Shown here: one piece after another, positions 24,285 to 33,369 of the stretch
How the letters are laid out: each line of letters starts with the position of its first letter
How positions within the stretch are numbered: the stretch's first letter is position 1
Source: Candidatus Eiseniibacteriota bacterium
GTDB taxonomy: Bacteria; Eisenbacteria; RBG-16-71-46
NCBI GenBank assembly: GCA_041483195.1
Contig: JBGPFC010000020.1
Location: 9,855 to 73,854 of the forward strand
DNA length: 64,000 nucleotides
Reading direction: 5' to 3'
The notes under the pieces: generated by a model
Database searches by the model: none
What the model saw: only the letters and a program-made list of their open reading frames with translations
What the model was told of the DNA's origin: nothing
Program-made: the position numbers and the translations under genes

Positions 24285-24650
24285 GTCGGAGCGCTCAGTC
24301 GAATCGTGGTCCCTGTCGTGAAGATTGCAGCACGATGACCTGTCATGAGGGTCGCTAAGCGGCCGACCCGCACAGATCCCGCAAAGCGTGGAGGGATGTC
24401 GCGACGCGAGCCCCGGGGCGGATCAACCACCTGGGGCTCACGATTTGCGCGGATAGCCGCCGCAGCTTCCCCGTCACGCTTGCCTCCTACCCCCTTCGGA
24501 TAACTCTGCAAGGTCTTCGTGCCTCCGCGCCAGATCCTTCGCATCTGGACTCGTTCCCTGTTGGGCATAGACTCGAGACCCCCTCAACACAGGTGTCCAG
24601 TCTTACAAGGGCCGCGCTACCCCAGCACGGCCGCAAACTCGGAGGCCGTC

Positions 24651-25541
24651 ATGCTCACGTCCCGATTCCTCGCTCGTGTCTGTCCCATGCTGTTCCTCGC
24701 CGTGTTGGCGGCTGCCGCGCACGCCCAGGTGGGTGCGTTCACTGATTCGTGGCCGACTCTTGGGCCGCCGCTAGGACTTGCGCTCGATGGCGGCGGGAAT
24801 GTGCTCGTCACGTCCGACGCAGGTGCGGGTGCCCCCGCTTACAGTTACTCGTCCAGCGGTACGCTGCTCGCTCAATTCGGCACGGGCCCTGGCATCGAAG
24901 CCTATGGGGTCGCGGTTGCTCCAGGCGGGGATGTCTTCGTCACGGACTACTACAACCGAAGGGTGCTGCGCTTCGCTTCTGCCGGTGCATTTCTCAATGA
25001 GTGGAACACAGGCGGCTCGCTTGCAACGTTTCTTGCAATGGACGGTTTGGGAAACCTCTACGTGACCGACACGAGCGGAAACATGGTCCGCAAGTTTTCC
25101 AGTTCCGGCTCGCTGCTCGGACAGTGGTCGTCAAATCGGCCGGTAGGGATCGCATTCGCGGGTGGTGTTCTCTACGTGGCGAGTCGCGAAGGCGGTACCG
25201 TCAGCAAGTACTTGACCGATGGAACGCCGCTCGGGTCGTTTCCGACCGGGGCCAGCGCCGCGGAGCAGCTGACGATCGGCGGAGACGGCCGCCTGTACCT
25301 CGCAGACTGGGGAAGCTCAAGACTTCTCATCTTTGCGTTGAACGGAACTCCGTTGGGAAGCTTGGGGAGCTCTGTGGCGGGCTATGCGTATGGGCCGGTG
25401 CGATACGATGCCGTCGCGATCGCCAGCGACGGCACGATCTTCGTCGGGGACTACGACCACAATCGCGTACTCAGGTTCGCGCGCGATCTGACCTCGGCTC
25501 AAACGATTTCGTGGGGTGGGCTCAAGGCGCGCTACCGGTAG
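24651..25541 (+). CDS. Secreted NHL-repeat beta-propeller protein with C-terminal SWGGLKARYR motif
   Basis: GGAGG RBS; signal peptide; repeated G.[LV][FY]V.D..N.RV..F units. Confidence 0.88.
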   Translation: MLTSRFLARVCPMLFLAVLAAAAHAQVGAFTDSWPTLGPPLGLALDGGGNVLVTSDAGAGAPAYSYSSSGTLLAQFGTGPGIEAYGVAVAPGGDVFVTDYYNRRVLRFASAGAFLNEWNTGGSLATFLAMDGLGNLYVTDTSGNMVRKFSSSGSLLGQWSSNRPVGIAFAGGVLYVASREGGTVSKYLTDGTPLGSFPTGASAAEQLTIGGDGRLYLADWGSSRLLIFALNGTPLGSLGSSVAGYAYGPVRYDAVAIASDGTIFVGDYDHNRVLRFARDLTSAQTISWGGLKARYR

Positions 25542-25627
25542 ACGGTGCCCCGCGAAGCGGGCGGGCGTAGAGTCAACACTCCACGAGGCAGCACCAATCC
25601 CGATCGGCCACATTCTCGGAGGGCGTC

Positions 25628-26053
25628 ATGTTCGCAAAGCGATTCTTCTACGTGTGCGCGGGGCTGCTCTGTCTCGCGCTTGCCTATCACCTTGGCGCAC
25701 GGGGCGCGAGTGCGCAGGGACAGGGTGTGTTAGCGGTGGCCGAGATAATGCCAACAACCAGCCGAGTTTCGGCAGTCGTGGGGCGGGACATTCTCGCTCT
25801 GGAGACGAACGGAGAGCGCTTCGACTCCGGCACGGTTCCAGGCAGCGCGACAATCGTGGCGGTGGACTATTCCAGCGGGCGGTTCAATGCGGTGCTTTCA
25901 AACGGAGACTTCTACTACCGCGACTCCTCTGGGCCTTGGATTCTCTCAGGGAAGATATTCGGCCCGACAGGCGCGGGGCAGAACACTTGGGGCCAAGTGA
26001 AGGCCCGCTACCGGCAGGGAGCACCCGCAGCCCCGACACCGGAAGGTAGGTAG
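25628..26053 (+). CDS. Secreted hypothetical protein with TWGQVKARYR motif
   Basis: GGAGG RBS; signal peptide ending ASA-Q; same C-terminal motif as the upstream gene. Confidence 0.8.
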   Translation: MFAKRFFYVCAGLLCLALAYHLGARGASAQGQGVLAVAEIMPTTSRVSAVVGRDILALETNGERFDSGTVPGSATIVAVDYSSGRFNAVLSNGDFYYRDSSGPWILSGKIFGPTGAGQNTWGQVKARYRQGAPAAPTPEGR

Positions 26054-26194
26054 CTCGGTGGTGCTTGCCACCACCAACTAAGCCGCGACTGTTTGGGGCT
26101 CTCGCTCAGCATGGACCACGCTGGGCGCACAAAGTCGTGAGCGGACGCTGAGAGTGTAGCCGGGTGCATCCGAGAAGCCGCAGAGGGCACAATC

Positions 26195-26923
26195 ATGGGT
26201 AACAAAGAGAACGAGATGCCCAGCATTGAGATTGCGGAGTCCCAAGGCATTCTGACCCCTCAGGAGCTCGCGGCCGGCATTTCGGCGTGCCACCGGAATG
26301 CGAGGCGGCTCATTGACGATGCCATCCATCTGCTTGTTGGTCAGCGCAATGCAAGCGCGCTCGCCCTCGCGCTGCTCGGCGAAGAGGAGGCCGCCAAGTG
26401 GGTCCTGCTCTCTGTCGTGGCCACCGCGCGGTCGCAAGCGGTTCGGCGCAAGGCTTGGAACAATGTGCGGGCACATCGACCGAAGCGCGCGATCCTCGGC
26501 GCCATACTATTCCCTGAGCGTTTGAGGCGTGAGGATCGACCGTTTGAGTTCAAGGACGTGGACGACGTTAGCAAGATCCTAGAGCGGATGAAGCTTCGAG
26601 CGATATATGTCGCGCATCTTGCTAACGGCGTCTGCTCGGAACCTGCAATGATTGCGGACCCTGGTACGGCGACTCTCTTCATAGACCTTGCGGCGGTGCA
26701 CGTCCGCAAGCTATTCATGACCATTGAGGAGTTGGGACATGTTTACGAGAGTCGCAAGAGGGCGCCAACAGCAGAAGCGCGCCGTATCATCCAGTGGAGC
26801 CGGAGTGAAGAAGCAAGGGCGATATCCGCCAGAGATCGTCAAGCGGTGGTGGAGTGGTGGGCTGTCACAGATCCCAGGCTCAGCGAGCTTCGCGCCGAGC
26901 TTGGCTCCAATGTGCGCGACTGA
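26195..26923 (+). CDS. abiV: AbiV-family (HEPN) abortive-infection-like protein
   Basis: NARRLIDDA.LL, LALLGEEEAAK, H..K and K.RAIYV patterns; start could be 26216. Confidence 0.75.
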   Translation: MGNKENEMPSIEIAESQGILTPQELAAGISACHRNARRLIDDAIHLLVGQRNASALALALLGEEEAAKWVLLSVVATARSQAVRRKAWNNVRAHRPKRAILGAILFPERLRREDRPFEFKDVDDVSKILERMKLRAIYVAHLANGVCSEPAMIADPGTATLFIDLAAVHVRKLFMTIEELGHVYESRKRAPTAEARRIIQWSRSEEARAISARDRQAVVEWWAVTDPRLSELRAELGSNVRD

Positions 26924-27027
26924 ACCCGGCGGAGACACTGGCGGCACGTTGCGGCATCGTCGGCCGAGACTTTTCGGGTGACGCTGGTCAGCGTACAGCC
27001 TCCGTGCCGCAGATTCACGAGTGCCGG

Positions 27028-27648
27028 CTAGGGGGGGTTATCCACAGGTGCCGGGGTGACTGGCTGGCGTCCACGCGTCACCCGATCTGGTAGGACGAAC
27101 AAGATTTCTGCGAGCGTCTCGGCAAACATGAGAACTCGTTTCGCGTCCTCGAGTGTTGGGGGTCCCGTCTTCTGGTCAGCGTGCCGAGGCGCATTAGCAT
27201 CGAGACGCACGTCGTGCGCCCACAGAGCCATGTCTTCCGTGATCATGTGCTTTTTCGCAGCCTTGTCGATCCGGGCACTGAGCGAACCCCGCTTGTACCC
27301 CTTGAACTTCAGCATCGCGTCTACTGCTGAAGCTGACAGCATGAGCGAGCCATCCGGGGCATGAAGCGTGTCCTTTGCTTGTTGGAGGTAGTGAACGACC
27401 TCGGGCGGGATGGCTGGATCGAGGATATCGTTCTTTGGGTACCAGTCTGTGGCTTCGTCGTTCGGAGCGGGTCCAGAGGCCATGATGAGGTGCCCGCATG
27501 TCACACAGAGATAGATCACCCAGTGCAGCCCACCTCTTCCAGAATGATCCCCTCCGGATCTTAGCTTCCATTGCTCCACAAGCCGGGGCATGTGGATATT
27601 GCAGTGCGGGCAGCGATCAAGCTCAAACTGACTGAGCAGCTTCGGCAT
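27028..27648 (-). CDS. DUF4145 (HEPN-like) protein with N-terminal zinc ribbon
   Basis: CPHC...CVTC; L..RI; R..AN..RH HEPN-type motif. Confidence 0.85.
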   Translation of the reverse strand: MPKLLSQFELDRCPHCNIHMPRLVEQWKLRSGGDHSGRGGLHWVIYLCVTCGHLIMASGPAPNDEATDWYPKNDILDPAIPPEVVHYLQQAKDTLHAPDGSLMLSASAVDAMLKFKGYKRGSLSARIDKAAKKHMITEDMALWAHDVRLDANAPRHADQKTGPPTLEDAKRVLMFAETLAEILFVLPDRVTRGRQPVTPAPVDNPP

Positions 27649-27801
27649 CTGCGTACTCCCAACACCAACCCTGCTTCGGTAGGACTCAACGGACCAACGG
27701 CTTGAACTTCGGTAGCTTGGATTCTAGCTCAACGTTGCACCGCGCGCTGTACGCCCTACTGCGGCTAGCTGTGGTTTCCAAGCACGTTATCCACCGCGTG
27801 A

Positions 27802-28038
27802 CCTCGGTCGGCGCTGGTTCACGACCTGCGACGCACGGCGGTGCGCAACCTGGAACGCACTGGGGTGCCGCGCTCCGCGGCGATGCAGTTGACCGGACAC
27901 CGCACGGAATCCGTCGCCCCCCGCTGTGCTATCGTGTCGCAGCCGGACTTGGCGGCAGGAGTCGGGCGGCTGGCGGCGCTGCATCGGAGTTCCCGCGCAC
28001 TTCCCGCACAATCGCCGCCCTCATCGGCCAGCCCGTAG
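27802..28038 (+). pseudogene. Tyrosine recombinase/integrase C-terminal remnant
   Basis: HDLRRTAVRNLERTG...LTGHRTESV; expected Y..Y replaced by APRC; in-frame TGA at 27799 and no N-terminal part. Confidence 0.88.
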
Positions 28039-28088
28039 ATTGACCGCGGCGCTCAACCTGTTGTAAGGGTTGACGCTTCAACTTTCGG

Positions 28089-28164
28089 GGCGGCGTAGCT
28101 CAGCTGGTAGAGCAGGAGAATCATAATCTCTGTGTCCGGGGTTCGAGTCCCTGCGCCGCCACCA
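28089..28164 (+). tRNA. tRNA with CAT anticodon (probably elongator Met; Ile2 not excluded)
   Basis: Acceptor stem GGCGGCG/CGCCGCC; D arm GCTC/GAGC; anticodon loop ATCATAA; GTTCGAG T loop; encoded CCA. Confidence 0.96.
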
Positions 28165-28182
28165 CTTAGCCCGCGAATTCGC

Positions 28183-29352
28183 GTGCGCTTGCGCCGGCTC
28201 GAACCGGTCATTCGCAGGGCGCTTCGCGGCCCGTGCGCGCTCCCGCCCGGCTCACGCCTGCTGGTCGCGGTGAGCGGCGGGGCCGACTCGGTCGCCCTCC
28301 TCATGGCGCTCGATCGCGTCGCCCACGAGTTCGGGCTCTCGCTGCGCGCCGCGCATCTCCATCACGGCCTGCGCGGTGCCGAGGCGGGCGCCGATCTGGC
28401 GTTCGTGCGCGCGCTCTGCGAGCGGCTCGAGGTAGGGCTGATCGCCGCACGCTGGGACACGCGCGCGCGAATGCGGCGGCGCGGACTCTCGGGCGAGAAC
28501 GGCCTGCGCACGCTGCGTCGCGAGTTCCTGCGCGAAGCCGCGCGACGCGCGGGGGCGGCCGCGATCGCGACCGCTCACACCGCGGACGATCAACTCGAGA
28601 CCGTGATCATGCGCCTGCTGCGCGGAGCCGGCCTCACGGGGCTCGGCGGCATGAGCGCGCGGCGCGGCACCTGGCTCAAGCCGCTGCTCGATGCGACGCG
28701 CGCCGACGTCGAGGCCGACCTGCGCGCGATCGGGCAGCCGTGGCGCGAGGATCTCACCAACCGCGATCCGTCGTTCACCCGCAATCGCATCCGGCACGAC
28801 GCGATTCCCGCGCTGCTCCGCGCGATGGACCCCGCGCTCGATCCCGCGACGGCGCGGCCCGCGCTCGCGCGGCGCGTCGCCCGCATCGCGCGCGAGACGC
28901 GCGACGCCGCCCGCGCGTTGCGGATCTGGACGCGGCCCGTCGCCGTGAGCGTCCGGCCCACCGGCGCCGCGCTCCGGCACATCGGCCCCGCCGCGATGGA
29001 GCTTGATTCGGCGGCGGTGCGTTCCTACCCTATCGCGGCCCGGCGCACGATCTTGCGCCACTTTTGGAAGCGCTTCACCCCGAATGGACCTGGGCTGACG
29101 CATCGGCATCTAGAGGCCCTCGACCGCCTGCTCGCGGGCAAGCGAGCCGGGGCCCGGGTCGGGCTTCCGGGGGACGCGGTCGCGATGCGAACCGTTGGCG
29201 CCATCCGATTCACCAGGGCCGACTCGCGCCCGGCGCGTAAACGCGTATCATGCTCCGATGCCGGGACCGCGAGGGTGGGTCGCCGAGAGGCGCCCATCGA
29301 CAGGTCCGCGACGCGCAATGGTCCATGGAGATTCTTGACGAAGCAGCACTGA
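28183..29352 (+). CDS. tilS: tRNA(Ile)-lysidine synthetase
   Basis: AVSGGADS PP-loop, HTADDQLET and RNRIRH motifs; start uncertain (28132, 28183 or 28189). Confidence 0.93.
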   Translation: MRLRRLEPVIRRALRGPCALPPGSRLLVAVSGGADSVALLMALDRVAHEFGLSLRAAHLHHGLRGAEAGADLAFVRALCERLEVGLIAARWDTRARMRRRGLSGENGLRTLRREFLREAARRAGAAAIATAHTADDQLETVIMRLLRGAGLTGLGGMSARRGTWLKPLLDATRADVEADLRAIGQPWREDLTNRDPSFTRNRIRHDAIPALLRAMDPALDPATARPALARRVARIARETRDAARALRIWTRPVAVSVRPTGAALRHIGPAAMELDSAAVRSYPIAARRTILRHFWKRFTPNGPGLTHRHLEALDRLLAGKRAGARVGLPGDAVAMRTVGAIRFTRADSRPARKRVSCSDAGTARVGRREAPIDRSATRNGPWRFLTKQH

Positions 29353-29394
29353 CCGGGAACCGGGGTCCCGCCGTAAGGGCCCACGCGGAGAGCC

Positions 29395-29946
29395 ATGACT
29401 GAACGCCAGCCCGCTGTCCACGCCGAGCCTACCGTCCGGGTGATGTTCACCGCTCAGCAGATTGGCGCGCGGGTGCGCGAGCTGGGCCTCGAAATGGCGC
29501 GCGACATGGCGGGCGTTCGCCCGCTGTTCGTGGGGGTGCTGAAGGGCGCGTGCATGTTCCAGTGCGACCTCGCGCGCGCGACGCCGCTCGATGTCGAGCT
29601 CGATTTTCTTTCGGTGTCTTCGTACGGCTCGGGCACGACGTCGACCGGCCACGTGAAGCTCATGATGGATCTGCGCGGGCCGATCGCGGGGCGACATGTG
29701 GTGCTGTGCGAGGGCGTGGTGGATTCCGGGCTCAGCGTTTCGTTCATTCTCGATCTGCTGCGCTCGCGCGGCGCGGCGAGCCTCAAGGTGGCCACGTTGC
29801 TCGACAAGGTTCCGTGCCGCAAGCTTCAGGTGCCGATCGATTACGCGGGGTGGAGGATCGGCTCCGAGTTCGTCGTGGGTTATGGGATGGACGCCGACGA
29901 GCGCTACCGCAATCTGCCCTTCGTGGGCGTTCTCGAGGAGGCATAG
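29395..29946 (+). CDS. hpt: Hypoxanthine phosphoribosyltransferase
   Basis: GVLKG, VSSYG, LLDK, FVVGYGMD and YRNLP motifs; tilS-hpt-ftsH order. Confidence 0.93.
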   Translation: MTERQPAVHAEPTVRVMFTAQQIGARVRELGLEMARDMAGVRPLFVGVLKGACMFQCDLARATPLDVELDFLSVSSYGSGTTSTGHVKLMMDLRGPIAGRHVVLCEGVVDSGLSVSFILDLLRSRGAASLKVATLLDKVPCRKLQVPIDYAGWRIGSEFVVGYGMDADERYRNLPFVGVLEEA

Positions 29947-29949
29947 TTC

Positions 29950-32900
29950 GTGAGCATCTTCCGGCGGGATCAGGAATCCGGCCCTGACCAACCCCGCAAT
30001 CGCGAGCCGCGCCGCGGCGGAGCGCCGCGCGGCAATCCGCCACGCCGGCCGTCCGCGCCGGCCGGGCGCCCGTTCCGCACGCTCGCGTTCTGGGCGTTCG
30101 TGGCGCTGCTCTCGCTGGTCGCGTTCCGCATGTACCAGGGCAGCTTCATGGCGCCGCAGCGCATGGAGATCTCCTACACGCGATTCATGCAGGAGGTGAA
30201 GGACGGCAACATCCTGGATCTCCAGATCATCGAGAAGATGGTCACCGGCGACCTGAAGAAAGAGGCGTCGCTGAAGATCGGCGAGAAGGAGACGACGAAC
30301 TTCAAGGCGTTCAAGTCGAACATCCTGGGCGACGGCTCGGACCTGCCCGACAAGGTGTGGGCCACCAATCCCGGGATCGAGATCGAGGTGCGCAACCCCG
30401 CCTTCAACTGGGTCAACCTGTTGTTCAGCTGGCTGCCGGTCGCGTTCGTGCTCGTGTTCTGGCTGTTCATCATGCGCCAGATGCAATCGGGCGGCAGCGC
30501 CGCGCTCAAGTTCGGCAAGACCAAGGCGCGGGTGCTGATCGAGACCTCGCCCAAGGTCACGTTCAAGGACGTCGCGGGTTGCGACGAGGCGAAGCAGGAG
30601 CTGCAGGAGATCATCGAGTTCCTGAAGGAGCCGCAGAAATTCCAGCGGCTCGGCGGACGAATCCCGAAGGGCGCGCTGCTGCTCGGCCCCCCGGGCTCGG
30701 GCAAGACGCTGCTCGCGAAGGCGGTGGCGGGCGAGGCGGGCGTTCCGTTCTTCTCGATGAGCGGCTCGGACTTCGTGGAGATGTTTGTAGGGGTTGGAGC
30801 GTCGGTCACGGGCGACACGCCGGTGCTGATCCGTCGCGACGGCCAGACCCGGCTCACCCCCATCGGCGAGTTCGTGGATTCGTTCTACGAAGGCGACGAC
30901 GAGGGACGCGTCGTTCCGGTCGACGGGATCGAGACCCTGGGCTTCGAGGAGCGGGACTCCAAGTTCACGGGATCCACCAAGACCTTCGTGAAGGGCAGCG
31001 CGTGGAGCCGCGCGCGCGGCGTCTATCGCCACCGCGTCCACGAGATCTGCGAGATCGAGTATCTCGGGGGCACGATCCGCACCACGCCGGACCACAGCGT
31101 GTTCGTGCGCACCCGCAATGGCATCAAGGCGGTCGCGGCGGGCGATCTGAAATCCGGCGACGTGCTCGTGAACCTTCCGCTCAAGGTGCGCGGGCAATAT
31201 TCCGCGGCGCACGGCACGCCCCACACGGTGCGCGCGCACACGTTCACGGAACCCGCCGAGCCGATCCTCCTCGACGTGTACGATCGCGACGAATCGACGC
31301 GCGAGCGTTACGCGTACGCGCTCGCCCACGAGGGAGCGCACAGCCAGGCGGCGATCGCGGCGACGATCGGCGTCTCCCAGATGACGGTCAGTAACTGGCA
31401 GGCCGGCAGGCACGAACCGCGCGCCATCTCGTCGAACTACGCGGCCACCGCGCTGCCCGAGCACGTCCCGGTCACGACGGATCTCATGCGGCTCCTCGGC
31501 TACTACACGGCCGAAGGCCGCGAGAACGGATGCCTCGAGTTCACGTTCGGCACGCACGAGCCCGACCTGCATGCCGACTGCATCGCCCGAATGGAGCGCG
31601 TCTTCGGCGTGACGCCGAAGGTGAGACACACGGACGACCACAGCACCAAGATCACCTACCACGTCGCGCCACTGGGCCGCTTCTTCGAGCGGCAGTGCGG
31701 AACCGGGAGCCACGAGAAGCACGTTCCGGCTTTTCTCTGGGATCTTCCGCGCGAGTACTTCGACGCCTACCTCACCGGCTACGCCCTCGGGGACGGCTAC
31801 ACCACGCAGGATGGCAAGCTCAGCATGACGTCGGTCAGCCTCCGGCTGATCCGCGAGCTCACCTGGCTCTGCGCGATGCACGGCATCAAGGCCGGGGTGC
31901 GGCACATGACGATGCCGGCGGGGCGCGTCATCAAGGCGAAGCCCCTGCCCGAGACCGAGGCGTGGAATCTCATCATCGGCAAGACCAGCCATCCATTCGG
32001 GCCAGAGGTCGCGACTCCTGATCAGGGCAAGCGGCCGATCGTGCGTCGCGTGACGCGGAAGCCCTACGACGGATTCGTGTACGACCTCTGCGGCTGCGGC
32101 CGCGAGGCGTTCTTCGGCGGCGAGAAGCCGATCCTGCTCCACAACAGCCGCGTCCGCGATCTGTTCGAGCAGGGCAAGCGCAATGCCCCATGCATTATTT
32201 TTGTCGACGAGATTGACGCTGTCGGCCGGCATCGCGGCGCGGGGCTCGGCGGCGGGCACGACGAGCGCGAGCAGACGCTGAACCAGCTGCTGGTCGAGAT
32301 GGACGGCTTCGAGTCGAACGAGGGCGTCATCATGATCGCCGCGACCAACCGGCCCGACGTGCTCGATCCCGCGCTGCTGCGGCCGGGCCGCTTCGACCGC
32401 CAGATCGTCGTGGACTGGCCGGACGTGCGCGGGCGCGAGGGCATCCTGCGCGTCCACACCCGCAAGATTCCGCTCGCCGAAGACGTGGACTTGAAGCTGA
32501 TCGCGCGCGGAACGCCAGGGCTGGCGGGCGCGGACCTCGCGAACATCGTGAACGAGGCGGCGCTGCTCGCCGCGCGGCGCAATCACAAGAAGGTCTCGCT
32601 CCGCGATTTCGAGGACTCCAAGGACAAGGTCATGCTCGGCATGGAGCGCAAGAGCCTCGTGATGAACGACGACGAGCGCAAGAGCACCGCGTACCACGAG
32701 GCCGGCCACGCGCTCGTGCTGTGGCTCCAGCCCAACCACGATCCGGTCAACAAGGTCACGATCATCCCGCGCGGGCGCACGCTGGGCACCACCTCGTGGC
32801 TGCCCAAGGAAGAGCGCTACAACCGCTCGAAGGAAGAGCTCGAGCGCCAGCTGTGCGTGGCGATGGGCGGCCGCGCGGCCGAGCTCATCGTGTTCAACCA

Positions 32901-33369
32901 CTTCACCACCGGCGCGATCGGCGACATCGAGGGCGCGAGCGAGACGGCGCGCGCCATGGTGTGCCGCTACGGCATGAGCGACACGCTGGGCCCGCTCACC
33001 TTCGGCAAGAAGGAGGAGATGGTCTTCCTCGGAAAAGAGATCGCGACCCACAAGGACTACAGCGAGCAGACGGCGGTGCTGATCGATCAGGAGGTGCGCC
33101 GCATCATCGAGACCGCGCACAACCACGCGTACCAGCTGCTCAAGGACAACATGGACAAGCTGCACCTGCTCGCCAACACGCTGCTCGAGCGCGAGGTGCT
33201 GGACGGCGACGAGATGGAGCGCGTGCTGCGCGGCGAGAAGCTCGAGCCGGTGCGATCGGCGACCGAGCCCGAGCCGCCGGCCGAGACGGCGGCGGCCACC
33301 GAGGCCGCCAAGGACGCAGAGGGCCCGCAGCTCGACGCGTTCGCCCCGCCCGCGCCGCGCCCCGCCTAG
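29950..33369 (+). CDS. ftsH: ATP-dependent zinc metalloprotease FtsH, intein-containing
   Basis: 2 TM segments; Walker A GPPGSGKT; Walker B IFVDEID; SRH; HEAGH zinc motif. Confidence 0.97.
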   Translation: MSIFRRDQESGPDQPRNREPRRGGAPRGNPPRRPSAPAGRPFRTLAFWAFVALLSLVAFRMYQGSFMAPQRMEISYTRFMQEVKDGNILDLQIIEKMVTGDLKKEASLKIGEKETTNFKAFKSNILGDGSDLPDKVWATNPGIEIEVRNPAFNWVNLLFSWLPVAFVLVFWLFIMRQMQSGGSAALKFGKTKARVLIETSPKVTFKDVAGCDEAKQELQEIIEFLKEPQKFQRLGGRIPKGALLLGPPGSGKTLLAKAVAGEAGVPFFSMSGSDFVEMFVGVGASVTGDTPVLIRRDGQTRLTPIGEFVDSFYEGDDEGRVVPVDGIETLGFEERDSKFTGSTKTFVKGSAWSRARGVYRHRVHEICEIEYLGGTIRTTPDHSVFVRTRNGIKAVAAGDLKSGDVLVNLPLKVRGQYSAAHGTPHTVRAHTFTEPAEPILLDVYDRDESTRERYAYALAHEGAHSQAAIAATIGVSQMTVSNWQAGRHEPRAISSNYAATALPEHVPVTTDLMRLLGYYTAEGRENGCLEFTFGTHEPDLHADCIARMERVFGVTPKVRHTDDHSTKITYHVAPLGRFFERQCGTGSHEKHVPAFLWDLPREYFDAYLTGYALGDGYTTQDGKLSMTSVSLRLIRELTWLCAMHGIKAGVRHMTMPAGRVIKAKPLPETEAWNLIIGKTSHPFGPEVATPDQGKRPIVRRVTRKPYDGFVYDLCGCGREAFFGGEKPILLHNSRVRDLFEQGKRNAPCIIFVDEIDAVGRHRGAGLGGGHDEREQTLNQLLVEMDGFESNEGVIMIAATNRPDVLDPALLRPGRFDRQIVVDWPDVRGREGILRVHTRKIPLAEDVDLKLIARGTPGLAGADLANIVNEAALLAARRNHKKVSLRDFEDSKDKVMLGMERKSLVMNDDERKSTAYHEAGHALVLWLQPNHDPVNKVTIIPRGRTLGTTSWLPKEERYNRSKEELERQLCVAMGGRAAELIVFNHFTTGAIGDIEGASETARAMVCRYGMSDTLGPLTFGKKEEMVFLGKEIATHKDYSEQTAVLIDQEVRRIIETAHNHAYQLLKDNMDKLHLLANTLLEREVLDGDEMERVLRGEKLEPVRSATEPEPPAETAAATEAAKDAEGPQLDAFAPPAPRPA
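30802..32145 (+). mobile_element. Intein (448 aa) with HTH and LAGLIDADG homing endonuclease
   Basis: Splits VGVGA|SRVRDLF; Ser1 SVTGDT; TTPDH block [10 protein letters not shown] and [14 protein letters not shown]; terminal HN followed by Ser+1. Confidence 0.96.

Larger units (their letters stand above)
24285..28088. mobile_element. Decayed integrative island next to tRNA(CAT)
   Basis: Visibly more AT-rich, atypical codons, accessory cargo, integrase remnant abutting the tRNA; boundaries approximate. Confidence 0.7.

Noticed and set aside
24285..28088. Prophage
   Set aside because: No structural, terminase or replication genes; only a dead integrase fragment and cargo genes.
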